Origin: Patescibacteria group bacterium
GTDB lineage: Bacteria; Patescibacteriota; Patescibacteriia; XYB2-FULL-38-15
Assembly: GCA_041653675.1 (NCBI GenBank)
Contig: JBAZEY010000004.1
Location: forward strand, 1,105 to 65,104
Length of the DNA stretch: 64,000 nucleotides
Direction: 5' to 3'
Position 1 is the first letter of the stretch. Each line of letters opens with the position of its first letter. The notes beneath the pieces are model-generated. The model saw nothing but the letters and a program-made list of their open reading frames with translations, was not told where the DNA came from and ran no database searches. This document shows positions 38,154-47,049 of this stretch, one piece after another. Both the position numbers and the translations under genes were made by a program.

Positions 38154-38804
38154 TTACTGGTTATATTCGGGTGTTTCAAAAATTTTTAATTTATCGAATG
38201 GCCATCCTCTAAACCACACCTTGCCAACAATGCTTTCTCTTTTGATTGGGCCAAAGCTTCGCGAATCAAAACTCGCTAAACGATTATCACCCATAATAAA
38301 ATATTCTTCCACGCCAAGAGAAATTGTCCGATCGCCAAAGGTTTTAATCTCTTCTTCCAAATAATTCTCTTTTAGAAGCAAACCTTCTCGATTGTCACCA
38401 TTGAAAACCGTTATTTTCCCGTTTTTTATTTCTAATGTTTCATTGGGCAAACCAATAATTCTTTTTATAAAATATTGGCTCGGATCTCTTGGATATTTAA
38501 AAACCACAATATCTCCCCTCTCTGGCGAATTGAAACGATAACCTATTTCATTAATAATCAAATATTCATGATCAAAAAAATTCGGCTCCATAGACGCGCC
38601 CTTAACATAAAAGGGCTGAATTAAAAAATAACGCACGGGCACAATAATGGCCAGCGAAATTAAAATTACTTTGATAATTTCCAAAGTGTATTCGGTAAAG
38701 CGTTTTATGGCCGCTTCTTTTTTAACTTCACTTTTGGGTTCCGCGGCTGGCTCTACTAGTCCCAACTCATCTTTATTTTTTAATATGGGCATAATATTTT
38801 TCAC
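38154..38804 (-). CDS. lepB: Signal peptidase I
   Basis: GASMEPNF Ser box, N-terminal TM, box E GDNR. Confidence 0.9.
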   Translation of the reverse strand: MKNIMPILKNKDELGLVEPAAEPKSEVKKEAAIKRFTEYTLEIIKVILISLAIIVPVRYFLIQPFYVKGASMEPNFFDHEYLIINEIGYRFNSPERGDIVVFKYPRDPSQYFIKRIIGLPNETLEIKNGKITVFNGDNREGLLLKENYLEEEIKTFGDRTISLGVEEYFIMGDNRLASFDSRSFGPIKRESIVGKVWFRGWPFDKLKIFETPEYNQ

Positions 38805-38828
38805 AATTATAACTTATTAAACCAACAA

Positions 38829-38902
38829 TGGACGATGGAGGATTCGAACCTCCGACCTTTCGAATGTGAATCGAACGCTCTAACCAACTGAGCTAATCGT
38901 CC
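38829..38902 (-). tRNA. tRNA-Val (anticodon CAC)
   Basis: Cloverleaf GGACGAT/ATCGTCC acceptor, anticodon loop TTCACAT, T-loop GGTTCGAATCC; no encoded CCA. Confidence 0.85.
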
Positions 38903-39074
38903 ACAAAGGACGGCGTAACAAAATTTAAGCAAGAGATTCTTGCCTTTCTTAAATTTATACCTTAAAGTATTCATATTATAACACGTGAACTTTAGAAAAG
39001 CAAGTCGTTTTTATAAGTCGCGGCGGGCCTTATTTTAACTAGAAAAATGCTCAAATTTCGCCTTTTACAAAATT

Positions 39075-39085
39075 TGTTATATAAT
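39075..39085 (+). promoter_or_regulatory. Putative extended -10 promoter (TGtTATATAAT) for the LCP gene
   Basis: ttTGtTATATAATggg lies about 35 nt upstream of the ATG; TTTACA upstream at non-optimal spacing. Confidence 0.3.
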
Positions 39086-39121
39086 GGGAAAATAACAAAG
39101 AATCATTGACCCCTGAAATTA

Positions 39122-40570
39122 ATGAAAATTAATCTGCTAGAAAAAAATCCAATACAAAATCCGAAAAAGGGCTTGTCTATTTTCTGGAAATCAGCAATCG
39201 CCTGTGGAATCATCGCCCCTCTTTTTTTAGTCCAGACTACTTTTTTTAAGGGAAACTTTAATCCCTTTCTGAAAATTGGCGCAGCGCTCCAAACTTTTGA
39301 ATTTAGTAATATTACCGAATGGGTGAGCCAGATTGGGAAATTAATCCGGAGCGAAGATAAAATTCTAAAAGGAGAAAAAGATAATCGCGTGAATTTTTTA
39401 CTCCTGGGCATGGGCGGCGCGGGCCATGATGGCGCGTATCTTACTGACACAATGATTCTCGCGAGTTTTGATCCCAAGGAAAATAAAGTCGCGATGGTTT
39501 CTATCCCCCGCGATTTGGCTGTTCCCGTGCCCGGATATGGGCAGAGGAAAATAAATAGTATTAATGCTTATGCTGAAGCTAAAGAAGATGGCAGTGGCGG
39601 CGAAGAAACAAGTCAAGTCGTGGGCCAAGTCCTTGATATCCCTATACATTATTACGTGAGGGCTGATTTCCAAGGTTTTGAAACTTTAATAGACAAACTA
39701 GGTGGAATTTCTATATATGTTGAAAAATCTTTTGTTGATAACCAATATCCGACCAACGATGAAAAATATCAAACCCTGACTTTCGAAGAGGGCTGGCAGA
39801 CAATGGATGGTGACACGGCTCTGAAATTTGTCCGCTCCCGCCATGGTACAAATGGAGAAGCCTCTGATTTCGCGCGAAGCCGGCGGCAGCAAAAAGTTTT
39901 AGTGTCCTTAAAGGAAAAAATTCTTTCTTTCAGCACCCTCTTAAATCCGGTTAAAATTCAGGGTGTGTATGACGCGGTAAAAAATTCTATCGACACAAAC
40001 ATGGAAATGTGGGAAATTGTGAGAATGAGCCACTTGGCGCGGGATGTTGATACGGAAAAAATTATTCATCAAGTTTTGAGCGCCGACGAAGGAGGGCTCT
40101 TGGTCGCCGCGAATATTGACGGCGCCTATGTTCTAGAACCCCGAACGGGAAATTTTAGCGAGATACAATTTTTAGTAAAAAATATTTTTAATACGGCCTC
40201 AGAAATAAATTTTGAAGATAAGCCCGAACCGACCCGCATTGAAATTCAAAATGGCACAAAGATAACGGGTTTGGCTTCGCGAACCGCCGAAATGCTTGAT
40301 AAATTTGATTATAAAGTAACTAGGGTAAGTAATGCCGAGGAACAAAATTACGAAAACACAATTATTTATGATCTAACTGAGGGAGCAAAAAATGACGATC
40401 TCACCTTTTTAAAAACGAAATTAAATGCTGACGTCTCGCTCTCTCTCCCCTCTTGGCTTACAAATTCATCCGCCTCCGCGGAAGTTAATCTCTTTAATCA
40501 ACCTCCAGTTATCGCAAAAAATAATTCAACAGATTTTCTGATTATCCTTGGCAAAAACGCCACTTTTTAA
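39122..40570 (+). CDS. LytR-CpsA-Psr (LCP) family cell-envelope phosphotransferase
   Basis: N-terminal TM, LCP core LLLGMGGAGHDGAYLTDTMILASFDP...VSIPRD. Confidence 0.88.
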   Translation: MKINLLEKNPIQNPKKGLSIFWKSAIACGIIAPLFLVQTTFFKGNFNPFLKIGAALQTFEFSNITEWVSQIGKLIRSEDKILKGEKDNRVNFLLLGMGGAGHDGAYLTDTMILASFDPKENKVAMVSIPRDLAVPVPGYGQRKINSINAYAEAKEDGSGGEETSQVVGQVLDIPIHYYVRADFQGFETLIDKLGGISIYVEKSFVDNQYPTNDEKYQTLTFEEGWQTMDGDTALKFVRSRHGTNGEASDFARSRRQQKVLVSLKEKILSFSTLLNPVKIQGVYDAVKNSIDTNMEMWEIVRMSHLARDVDTEKIIHQVLSADEGGLLVAANIDGAYVLEPRTGNFSEIQFLVKNIFNTASEINFEDKPEPTRIEIQNGTKITGLASRTAEMLDKFDYKVTRVSNAEEQNYENTIIYDLTEGAKNDDLTFLKTKLNADVSLSLPSWLTNSSASAEVNLFNQPPVIAKNNSTDFLIILGKNATF

Positions 40571-40572
40571 CT

Positions 40573-41931
40573 ATGTTATTCACTATTGCTATTGTTGGCC
40601 GAGCCAACGTCGGCAAATCAACTCTTTTCAATCGCCTGCTTGAACGACCTAAGGCAATTGTCTCGAGCGTAGCCGGCACAACCCGCGATCGAAATTACGG
40701 CCAAGCTCGGTGGCGCGGCCGTGATTTTGTGGTAGTTGATACTGGTGGCCTTGAAGACGCGGCCTTGTATTCAGAAGATATTAAAAAGCAAGTAGATATT
40801 GCCATTGCCAAAGCCGACTTAGTAGTTTTTTTAGTTGACTTAAAAGAAGGCCTCATGCCGCAGGATCGCGCTATTTCCAAGCTCTTAAAAAAACTGAAGA
40901 AGCCCGTAATTCTCGTCGGCAATAAAGCAGACATGCCAAGGATTTTTGCCGAAGCGGAAAATAAAGAATGGCTAAAACTCGCGTTTGGCAAACCCCTGCC
41001 GCTTTCCGCCGCAAATGGCGCGGGAACCGGAGACTTGCTTGATAAAATTTTTGAATTTTTTAAAAAAGAAACGGCCGAAGAAGATTCGGAAAAAATTTCC
41101 GCCGTGCCTCCTATTAAAGTTGCAATTTTGGGAAAACCAAATGCTGGAAAGTCATCGCTCTTAAATTCCCTTCTGGGAGAAGAACGGGTTTTGGTAAGTG
41201 AGGTTCCGTTTACTACCCGCGAACCGCAGGACATGATTCTGCTTTATCGCGATCAGCCATTTTTACTGATTGACACCGTGGGTATGCGGAAAAAAGCCCA
41301 TGTTGCTCCGGGATTAGAAAAAGTCGGCGTGAAACGGAGCATCGCCGCCATGGAGCGGGCTGACGTTGTCCTTTTTGTGACCGAAGCCTCGGAACAAATG
41401 ACCTCTCAGGACAAACATCTTTCTGAATTAATTTTAGAAAAAAATATTGGCCTCATTATCGTCGCCAACAAATGGGATCTAGTAAAAAAAGAGGGGTCGC
41501 AAACCATGAATCTCTTTGTTAATTATTACAATCAATTCTTCCCCTATCTCGACTGGGCTCCCATTCTCTTTATCTCGGCCAAAACCGGAGAAAAAGTTCA
41601 TAAAATATTAGATCTTGTTTTAGAAATAAAAAATAAAAGAGAGAAATTTATCAAAGCCGAGGAATTGAAAAGTTTTTTAAGAGAAACGCTAGCCAAACAT
41701 TGGGCTGTTATCCATCACCGAAAAAAATCAGGCTTCGGCGCGCGGCCGAAAATTATTAGCCTTGTCCAGACTGGCGTAAATCCCCCGACTTTTCACCTCA
41801 TCACCACTTCCCGGGAAAAACTTCCTGATGCCTTTATAAAATTTATTGAAAATAAATTCCGCGAGCGTTTTGATTTTGTTGGCACGCCAATAAGACTTGA
41901 GGTAAGACAAATTAAGAAAAAAAATGCCTAA
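40573..41931 (+). CDS. der: Ribosome-associated GTPase Der/EngA
   Basis: Two tandem GTPase domains (GRANVGKSTLFN and GKPNAGKSSLLN) plus C-terminal KH-like domain. Confidence 0.93.
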   Translation: MLFTIAIVGRANVGKSTLFNRLLERPKAIVSSVAGTTRDRNYGQARWRGRDFVVVDTGGLEDAALYSEDIKKQVDIAIAKADLVVFLVDLKEGLMPQDRAISKLLKKLKKPVILVGNKADMPRIFAEAENKEWLKLAFGKPLPLSAANGAGTGDLLDKIFEFFKKETAEEDSEKISAVPPIKVAILGKPNAGKSSLLNSLLGEERVLVSEVPFTTREPQDMILLYRDQPFLLIDTVGMRKKAHVAPGLEKVGVKRSIAAMERADVVLFVTEASEQMTSQDKHLSELILEKNIGLIIVANKWDLVKKEGSQTMNLFVNYYNQFFPYLDWAPILFISAKTGEKVHKILDLVLEIKNKREKFIKAEELKSFLRETLAKHWAVIHHRKKSGFGARPKIISLVQTGVNPPTFHLITTSREKLPDAFIKFIENKFRERFDFVGTPIRLEVRQIKKKNA

Positions 41932-41951
41932 ACGCCGCTACCACCAACAAT

Positions 41952-42524
41952 ATGAAACTCATTGTCGGCCTGGGTAATCCAGGCAAAGAGTATAAAAACA
42001 CAAGACACAACGCCGGCTTTGTTGTAATTTCGGATTTCGGGCTCCAGGTTTCAGATTTTTCCGATTGGAAAATAAACAAAAAATTTAACGCGGAAATTTC
42101 CGAAGGAAAAATCGGCGGCAAAAAAATAGTTTTACTCCGGCCACAAACTTTTATGAATAACTCCGGCCAAGCAGTCGCCGCGGCAGCTGGATTTTATAAA
42201 ATAAAACCGGCTGATATTTTAGTAATTCACGACGACATTGATTTGCCTCTTGGAAAACTTAGAATTAAAAAAGATGGATCTTCGGGAGGGCATCGCGGGG
42301 TAGAATCAATTATTACGACTCTTAACTCAAAAAATTTCACCAGATTAAAAATCGGTGTCGCGCCCGAGGCCAGACCGAAAAATTTTGACGCGGCTGATTT
42401 TGTTTTGAAAAAATTTATCAAGGCGGAAACAAAAAAAGTTTCTGAAATAACTAAAAAAGCAACCGAAGCGGTTGCCGTGATTTTGGCCGAAGGAACCGAC
42501 GAGGCCATGAACCAATTCAATTAA
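41952..42524 (+). CDS. pth: Peptidyl-tRNA hydrolase
   Basis: LIVGLGNPG...TRHNAGF signature. Confidence 0.93.
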   Translation: MKLIVGLGNPGKEYKNTRHNAGFVVISDFGLQVSDFSDWKINKKFNAEISEGKIGGKKIVLLRPQTFMNNSGQAVAAAAGFYKIKPADILVIHDDIDLPLGKLRIKKDGSSGGHRGVESIITTLNSKNFTRLKIGVAPEARPKNFDAADFVLKKFIKAETKKVSEITKKATEAVAVILAEGTDEAMNQFN

Positions 42525-42539
42525 ATTTTACTCATAACA

Positions 42540-42641
42540 CTGCCTGCCAGCGTAAAATTCGTTCCAAAAAGGAAAAAACCTTAACTTACGGCTACTTGTT
42601 AGATCAGGAGGGGTGATCATCGCTTTCGCCGCTGGCAGACA
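42540..42641 (+). other. Structured intergenic element (13-bp long-range helix enclosing two hairpins); candidate small RNA or complex terminator
   Basis: ctgcctgccagcg pairs with cgctggcagacag at 12 of 13 positions; internal hairpins uucc-aaaaa-ggaa and gauca-ggaggg-ugauc. Confidence 0.3.
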
Positions 42642-42758
42642 GAGGTACAAACACAATTTAAATATCTTGATATCTTAACAGAAATTGCACCTTTTTGTCA
42701 AGATCCTCACACTGAAATTTTAACGGCAATTTTTGACTTTAACCTAAAATATTTTCGC

Positions 42759-43859
42759 ATGATCCCCCAGGATGATTTAAAATATTGGGTCGCTATCTCC
42801 AGATATCCGAAAATTGGCGCGACTCGCCTTGTAAAACTTTTTAATTTTTTCCACTCTATGAAAGAAGCCTGGCAGGCTTCTTTTTCCGAACTGCGCCAAG
42901 CTGGATTGGACGAAAATATTGTCCACGATTTTTTGGCTCAAAAAATGACGGTGAATCCTGATACTGAATGGGAAAGATTAGAGAAAGAAGATATTAGTAT
43001 CATAACTATTAACGCTGAAAAATATCCAAAATTACTAAAAGAAATTTGGAACCCTCCCGCGATTTTATATGTTAAAGGCAGTCTTCCGCCTGACGATGAA
43101 TTTAATTTAGCCGTAGTTGGCACGAGAAAAATCAGCACTTACGGCCGGCAACTAACTTCTCTTTTAACCGGCGAATTAGTACAAAATGGTTTTAATATTA
43201 TAAGTGGCTTGGCTTTGGGAGTCGACGCGCTTGCTCATCAGACCACTGTGCGGCTCGGAGGAAAAACCGTAGCAGTGCTCGGCGGAGGCATAGACAATGA
43301 AAGTATTTATCCGGCAGGAAATCGATTTTTAGCTTCGGAAATCGTAAAAACCGGCGGAGCCGTAATTTCGGAGTATCCTTTGGGGGCAATCTCTATGCCT
43401 GGAAATTTTCCCCATCGAAACCGTATCGTTTCCGGCCTCTCTCTCGGTACGCTCGTTATTGAAGCAGCCGAGGAGTCTGGTGCCCTGATCACGGCTCGCT
43501 GCGCCTTAGAACAAAATCGCGAAGTTTTTGCCGTGCCGGGCAGTATTTTTAATCCCACTTCCGCTGGTCCTAATAAATTGATAAAAATGGGAGCCAAAGC
43601 CGTGACTGAAGTTAATGATATTCTAGAAACCCTTAATTTGGATCAAGCTGCTGATTTTACAAAAAACAAAAAACTCCTCCCCACCTCGCCGGAAGAAGCA
43701 AAAATTATCGAAAGTCTCTCTCCTGAACCAACACATATTGATAAGGTTATTTTGACCTCCGGACTTGACGCAGCCAAAGTTGGTGCTATACTAACGCTTA
43801 TGGAAATGAAGGGAATGGTAAGAAACTTGGGCGGAATGAATTATGTTATTGGAAAATAA
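42759..43859 (+). CDS. dprA: DNA processing protein DprA/Smf
   Basis: Rossmann-like DprA core GLALGVDALAHQ...GSIFNPTSAGPNKLI; adjacent to topA. Confidence 0.9.
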   Translation: MIPQDDLKYWVAISRYPKIGATRLVKLFNFFHSMKEAWQASFSELRQAGLDENIVHDFLAQKMTVNPDTEWERLEKEDISIITINAEKYPKLLKEIWNPPAILYVKGSLPPDDEFNLAVVGTRKISTYGRQLTSLLTGELVQNGFNIISGLALGVDALAHQTTVRLGGKTVAVLGGGIDNESIYPAGNRFLASEIVKTGGAVISEYPLGAISMPGNFPHRNRIVSGLSLGTLVIEAAEESGALITARCALEQNREVFAVPGSIFNPTSAGPNKLIKMGAKAVTEVNDILETLNLDQAADFTKNKKLLPTSPEEAKIIESLSPEPTHIDKVILTSGLDAAKVGAILTLMEMKGMVRNLGGMNYVIGK

Positions 43860-43883
43860 ACAAAAAATTATAAATTATTATTT

Positions 43884-46094
43884 ATGAATTTAGTAATCGT
43901 CGAATCTCCGACGAAGGCAAAAACTATTTCAAAATTTTTAGGCAAAGACTTCCAAATAAAGTCTTCTTTTGGGCACCTGCGCGATTTGCCACAAAAAGAA
44001 ATGGGCATTGATATTGAACATAATTTTCTGCCCCATTATGTTGTCCCGCGCAAAAATCAAAAGACGGTGACTGATTTAAAAAAATCAGCCGCCAAAGCTA
44101 AATTCATTTACTTCGCATCTGACGAAGACCGCGAAGGAGAAGCCATCTCTTGGCACTTAACACAAATATTAAAGCCAAAAGCCGGACAAGCTCGCCGGAT
44201 TGCTTTTCATGAAATTACAAAAGATGCGATTTTGAAAGCGCTAGAAAATCCCCGCGACCTTGATCTTAATATGGTTGACGCCCAACAGGCTCGCCGAGTT
44301 TTGGATCGCCTTGTTGGTTATGAACTCTCCCCGTTTCTCTGGCGAAAAGTTGCCAAGGGTTTATCGGCCGGCCGCGTCCAATCCGTCGCCGTCCGCTTGA
44401 TCGTTGAACGCGAGCGGGAAATCCAAAAATTTGTGCCGGAAGAGTATTGGAATATTGAAGGAGATTTCCAAAAAGAAAATGCCGGTGAAAAATTTTCCGC
44501 GAAATTGAATAAAATCAATGACAAAGTTTTAGATAAATTTGCCATAAAATCAAAAACTGAAGCTGATAAAATCCTGAAGGATCTTGACGGCCGAAATTAT
44601 CGCGTTGCCGATATTGAAGAAAAAGAAACCAAGCGCACTCCCCCGCCGCCATTCATCACTTCAACCCTGCAGCAGGACGCCAACCGCCGCCTGGGATTTT
44701 CGGCAAAACAAACAATGCTTATCGCTCAGCAATTATACGAAGGTGCGGATTTAGGTAATGAGGGTTCAGTTGGTTTAATTACCTACATGAGAACCGACTC
44801 GGTAAATCTCGCGGAAAAATTTTTGTCTGAGGCGCGGTCATATCTTAAAAAATCTTTCGGCGAAAAATATTTAGCTCCAAGTTCGCGCCGTTTTACCACT
44901 AAATCAAAATTGGCGCAAGAAGCGCATGAAGCCATCCGTCCGACCGAAGCGGCGCGCGATCCGGAGTCCGTCCGCCCGTATTTAGATGATCATCAATATA
45001 AACTTTATAATTTAATCTGGCGGCGGGCTGTGGCTAGCCAAATGGCTGACGCGGCGTTAATCGGCACGGCCATAGACATTGAAGCGGAAAAATCCGATGC
45101 CAAAAATCAATATAGTTTCCGCGCGAATGGTTTGACTATAAAATTTGACGGCTTTTTAAAAGTTTACGGCACGAGTCAGGAAACAATTCTGCCGGTTTTC
45201 AAACTAAAAGAACTTTTGGAATTATTAAAATTAAATCCAAACCAACATTTTACCGAACCGCCGGCGAGATTCTCCGACGCCTCGCTTGTCAAAACGCTTG
45301 AAGAATACGGCATCGGCCGTCCGTCAACTTATGCCCCGACTATTTCCACGATTATTGATCGCGGTTATGTAGAAAAAATTGAAGGACGAAGATTAAAGCC
45401 CACGGAAATCGCTTTTACGGTGAATGATTTATTAGTGGAACATTTTCCCAACATTGTTGATTTTAAATTTACTGCTCGAATGGAAGATGATTTGGATGAA
45501 ATTGCCGAAGGAAAAAAGAAATGGGTCCCGGTAATTAAAGAATTTTATATGCCATTTAAAGAAAATCTTGATCAAAAGTATAAAGAAGTGAGCAAAGCCG
45601 AAGAGCCAACAAATGAAATTTGTGAAAAATGCGGATCGCCCATGGTTATTAAAACCGGACGCTACGGAAAATTTTTAGCCTGCAGCGGATTTCCCAAATG
45701 CCGGAATATTAAATCGTTGGGAAAAGAAGGCGGCGGCGAGCTTGAACCGGAAACGACAAATGAAATTTGCGATAAGTGCGGCGCGCCAATGATAATAAAG
45801 CACGGCCGTTTCGGAAAATTTTTATCGTGCTCAAAATATCCTGAATGTAAAAATATGAAGCCGCTCGTGAAATCGACCGGCGTCGCCTGCTCCGAATGTG
45901 GCAAGGGAGAAATCGTTGAGCGGCGTTCCAAGCGCGGCCGGACATTTTATTCTTGCAACCAATATCCAAATTGTAAATTTGCTCTTTGGTCAAAACCGAC
46001 CGGGGAAAAATGCCCGAAATGTGGAAGCCTAGTGGTTTATGGAAAAAACGATACGGTTGCTTGCTCCAATAAAGAATGCGATTATAAAAAGTAA
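43884..46094 (+). CDS. topA: DNA topoisomerase I with three C-terminal C4 zinc ribbons
   Basis: Toprim N-terminus; repeats CEKCGSPM...CSGFPKC, CDKCGAPM...CSKYPEC and CSECGKG...CNQYPNC. Confidence 0.95.
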   Translation: MNLVIVESPTKAKTISKFLGKDFQIKSSFGHLRDLPQKEMGIDIEHNFLPHYVVPRKNQKTVTDLKKSAAKAKFIYFASDEDREGEAISWHLTQILKPKAGQARRIAFHEITKDAILKALENPRDLDLNMVDAQQARRVLDRLVGYELSPFLWRKVAKGLSAGRVQSVAVRLIVEREREIQKFVPEEYWNIEGDFQKENAGEKFSAKLNKINDKVLDKFAIKSKTEADKILKDLDGRNYRVADIEEKETKRTPPPPFITSTLQQDANRRLGFSAKQTMLIAQQLYEGADLGNEGSVGLITYMRTDSVNLAEKFLSEARSYLKKSFGEKYLAPSSRRFTTKSKLAQEAHEAIRPTEAARDPESVRPYLDDHQYKLYNLIWRRAVASQMADAALIGTAIDIEAEKSDAKNQYSFRANGLTIKFDGFLKVYGTSQETILPVFKLKELLELLKLNPNQHFTEPPARFSDASLVKTLEEYGIGRPSTYAPTISTIIDRGYVEKIEGRRLKPTEIAFTVNDLLVEHFPNIVDFKFTARMEDDLDEIAEGKKKWVPVIKEFYMPFKENLDQKYKEVSKAEEPTNEICEKCGSPMVIKTGRYGKFLACSGFPKCRNIKSLGKEGGGELEPETTNEICDKCGAPMIIKHGRFGKFLSCSKYPECKNMKPLVKSTGVACSECGKGEIVERRSKRGRTFYSCNQYPNCKFALWSKPTGEKCPKCGSLVVYGKNDTVACSNKECDYKK

Positions 46095-46107
46095 ATAATA
46101 TCATAAA

Positions 46108-46139
46108 ACACCCCGCCACAAGCCGGGGTGTTTTGATTT
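46108..46139 (+). terminator. Intrinsic terminator of topA
   Basis: 8-bp stem acaccccg/cggggtgt, loop ccacaagc, followed by tttgattt. Confidence 0.7.
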
Positions 46140-46149
46140 AATTATTATT

Positions 46150-46186
46150 GAAAATAAAAAAAGCCGTTCACGCGAACGCGAACGGC
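46150..46186 (-). terminator. Intrinsic terminator of the 46200..46943 gene
   Basis: Stem gccgttc/gaacggc followed on the minus strand by tttttttatttt. Confidence 0.7.
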
Positions 46187-46199
46187 ACTCCCTCACTCC

Positions 46200-46943
46200 T
46201 TACGGAAAGATGCGGTGGAAAAGTCGGTGAAACCGCCAGGCGACAACGAGGAACGGCCAGCGGAGCCATTGCCATCTCGTAACCGGAATGTAGAAATTCC
46301 AAAGGATGAAACTCGCCTGACACTCTTGCGAGCAAAACCCTAGCCGAGACAGCACTCCGTTCCACATAAGAGGACTCGCGTCGACCTCATGTCTTCTTCT
46401 TTCTTCCCTGGTTAGCCACCGACGAGCAAAAAGGTTATACCTTCTGAGCCGCCGGTAAACCAAAGGAGAACTCACGAACGGATAAAAGTCCGTCCCCGCT
46501 ACGGGCTTCCCACACATGCACGCGGTTTGCGCTTCCTCCACGGATTGAGGCGACGAACCCAGCGGTGGAAGGCGAATGTGCCACTTCTCGCACAGCGCGA
46601 CAGCATTCGGAAGCCTGCGCCGTTTGCCCTTGAACGGTGCGTCCATTCCTCTGGCAGTGTAGTTGACGATTCTCCGCGCAAGTTCCTTTGCGGTATGTTT
46701 TCTGGCAAGCCAAACTGCCACGAAGAAGATCACCACTACGGCGAGAACAAACAAGAACCCCTTGCCCTTGCCAAACCGTAGGACAAGAAAGATGCCCGCC
46801 AAACACCCGATGAGTCCCTCGACTAAGTGGGTGAACAACTTTTTCCAGTTAACTTTCTCTCCCTTGGCCCGATATCGTAGCACGTCGGACAGCGTGACTA
46901 TTACCACGTATACGATAGGAGCCATCAACCATTCAAACCACAT
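46200..46943 (-). CDS. GC-rich hypothetical protein: two N-terminal TM helices, then Cys/Arg/Trp-rich C-terminal region; likely horizontally acquired
   Basis: About 55-58% GC versus roughly 40% locally. Strong SD AAGGAGGG 5 nt upstream of the ATG, with a TTGACA -35 further up. GC3-rich codons throughout. Stop sits right before the strong terminator. Confidence 0.5.
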   Translation of the reverse strand: MWFEWLMAPIVYVVIVTLSDVLRYRAKGEKVNWKKLFTHLVEGLIGCLAGIFLVLRFGKGKGFLFVLAVVVIFFVAVWLARKHTAKELARRIVNYTARGMDAPFKGKRRRLPNAVALCEKWHIRLPPLGSSPQSVEEAQTACMCGKPVAGTDFYPFVSSPLVYRRLRRYNLFARRWLTREERRRHEVDASPLMWNGVLSRLGFCSQECQASFILWNFYIPVTRWQWLRWPFLVVAWRFHRLFHRIFP

Positions 46944-47049
46944 GACACCCTCCTTGTTGCTAAAAGACGGTCTTAAAGTAAAACTCTTTATAACAAAATT
47001 GTCAAGGGTTATTTACAAATTCTTTATTTTAATCTAAAATTAATTTGCT

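Noticed and set aside
46200-46560. RNase P RNA, tmRNA, SRP RNA or 6S RNA in the GC-rich island
   Set aside because: Short matches only (AAAGUCCG, GGUAAAC) and in the wrong order for RNase P. No tmRNA tag frame or tRNA-like end, and no SRP domain IV motif. The protein-coding reading has a strong SD and terminator instead.
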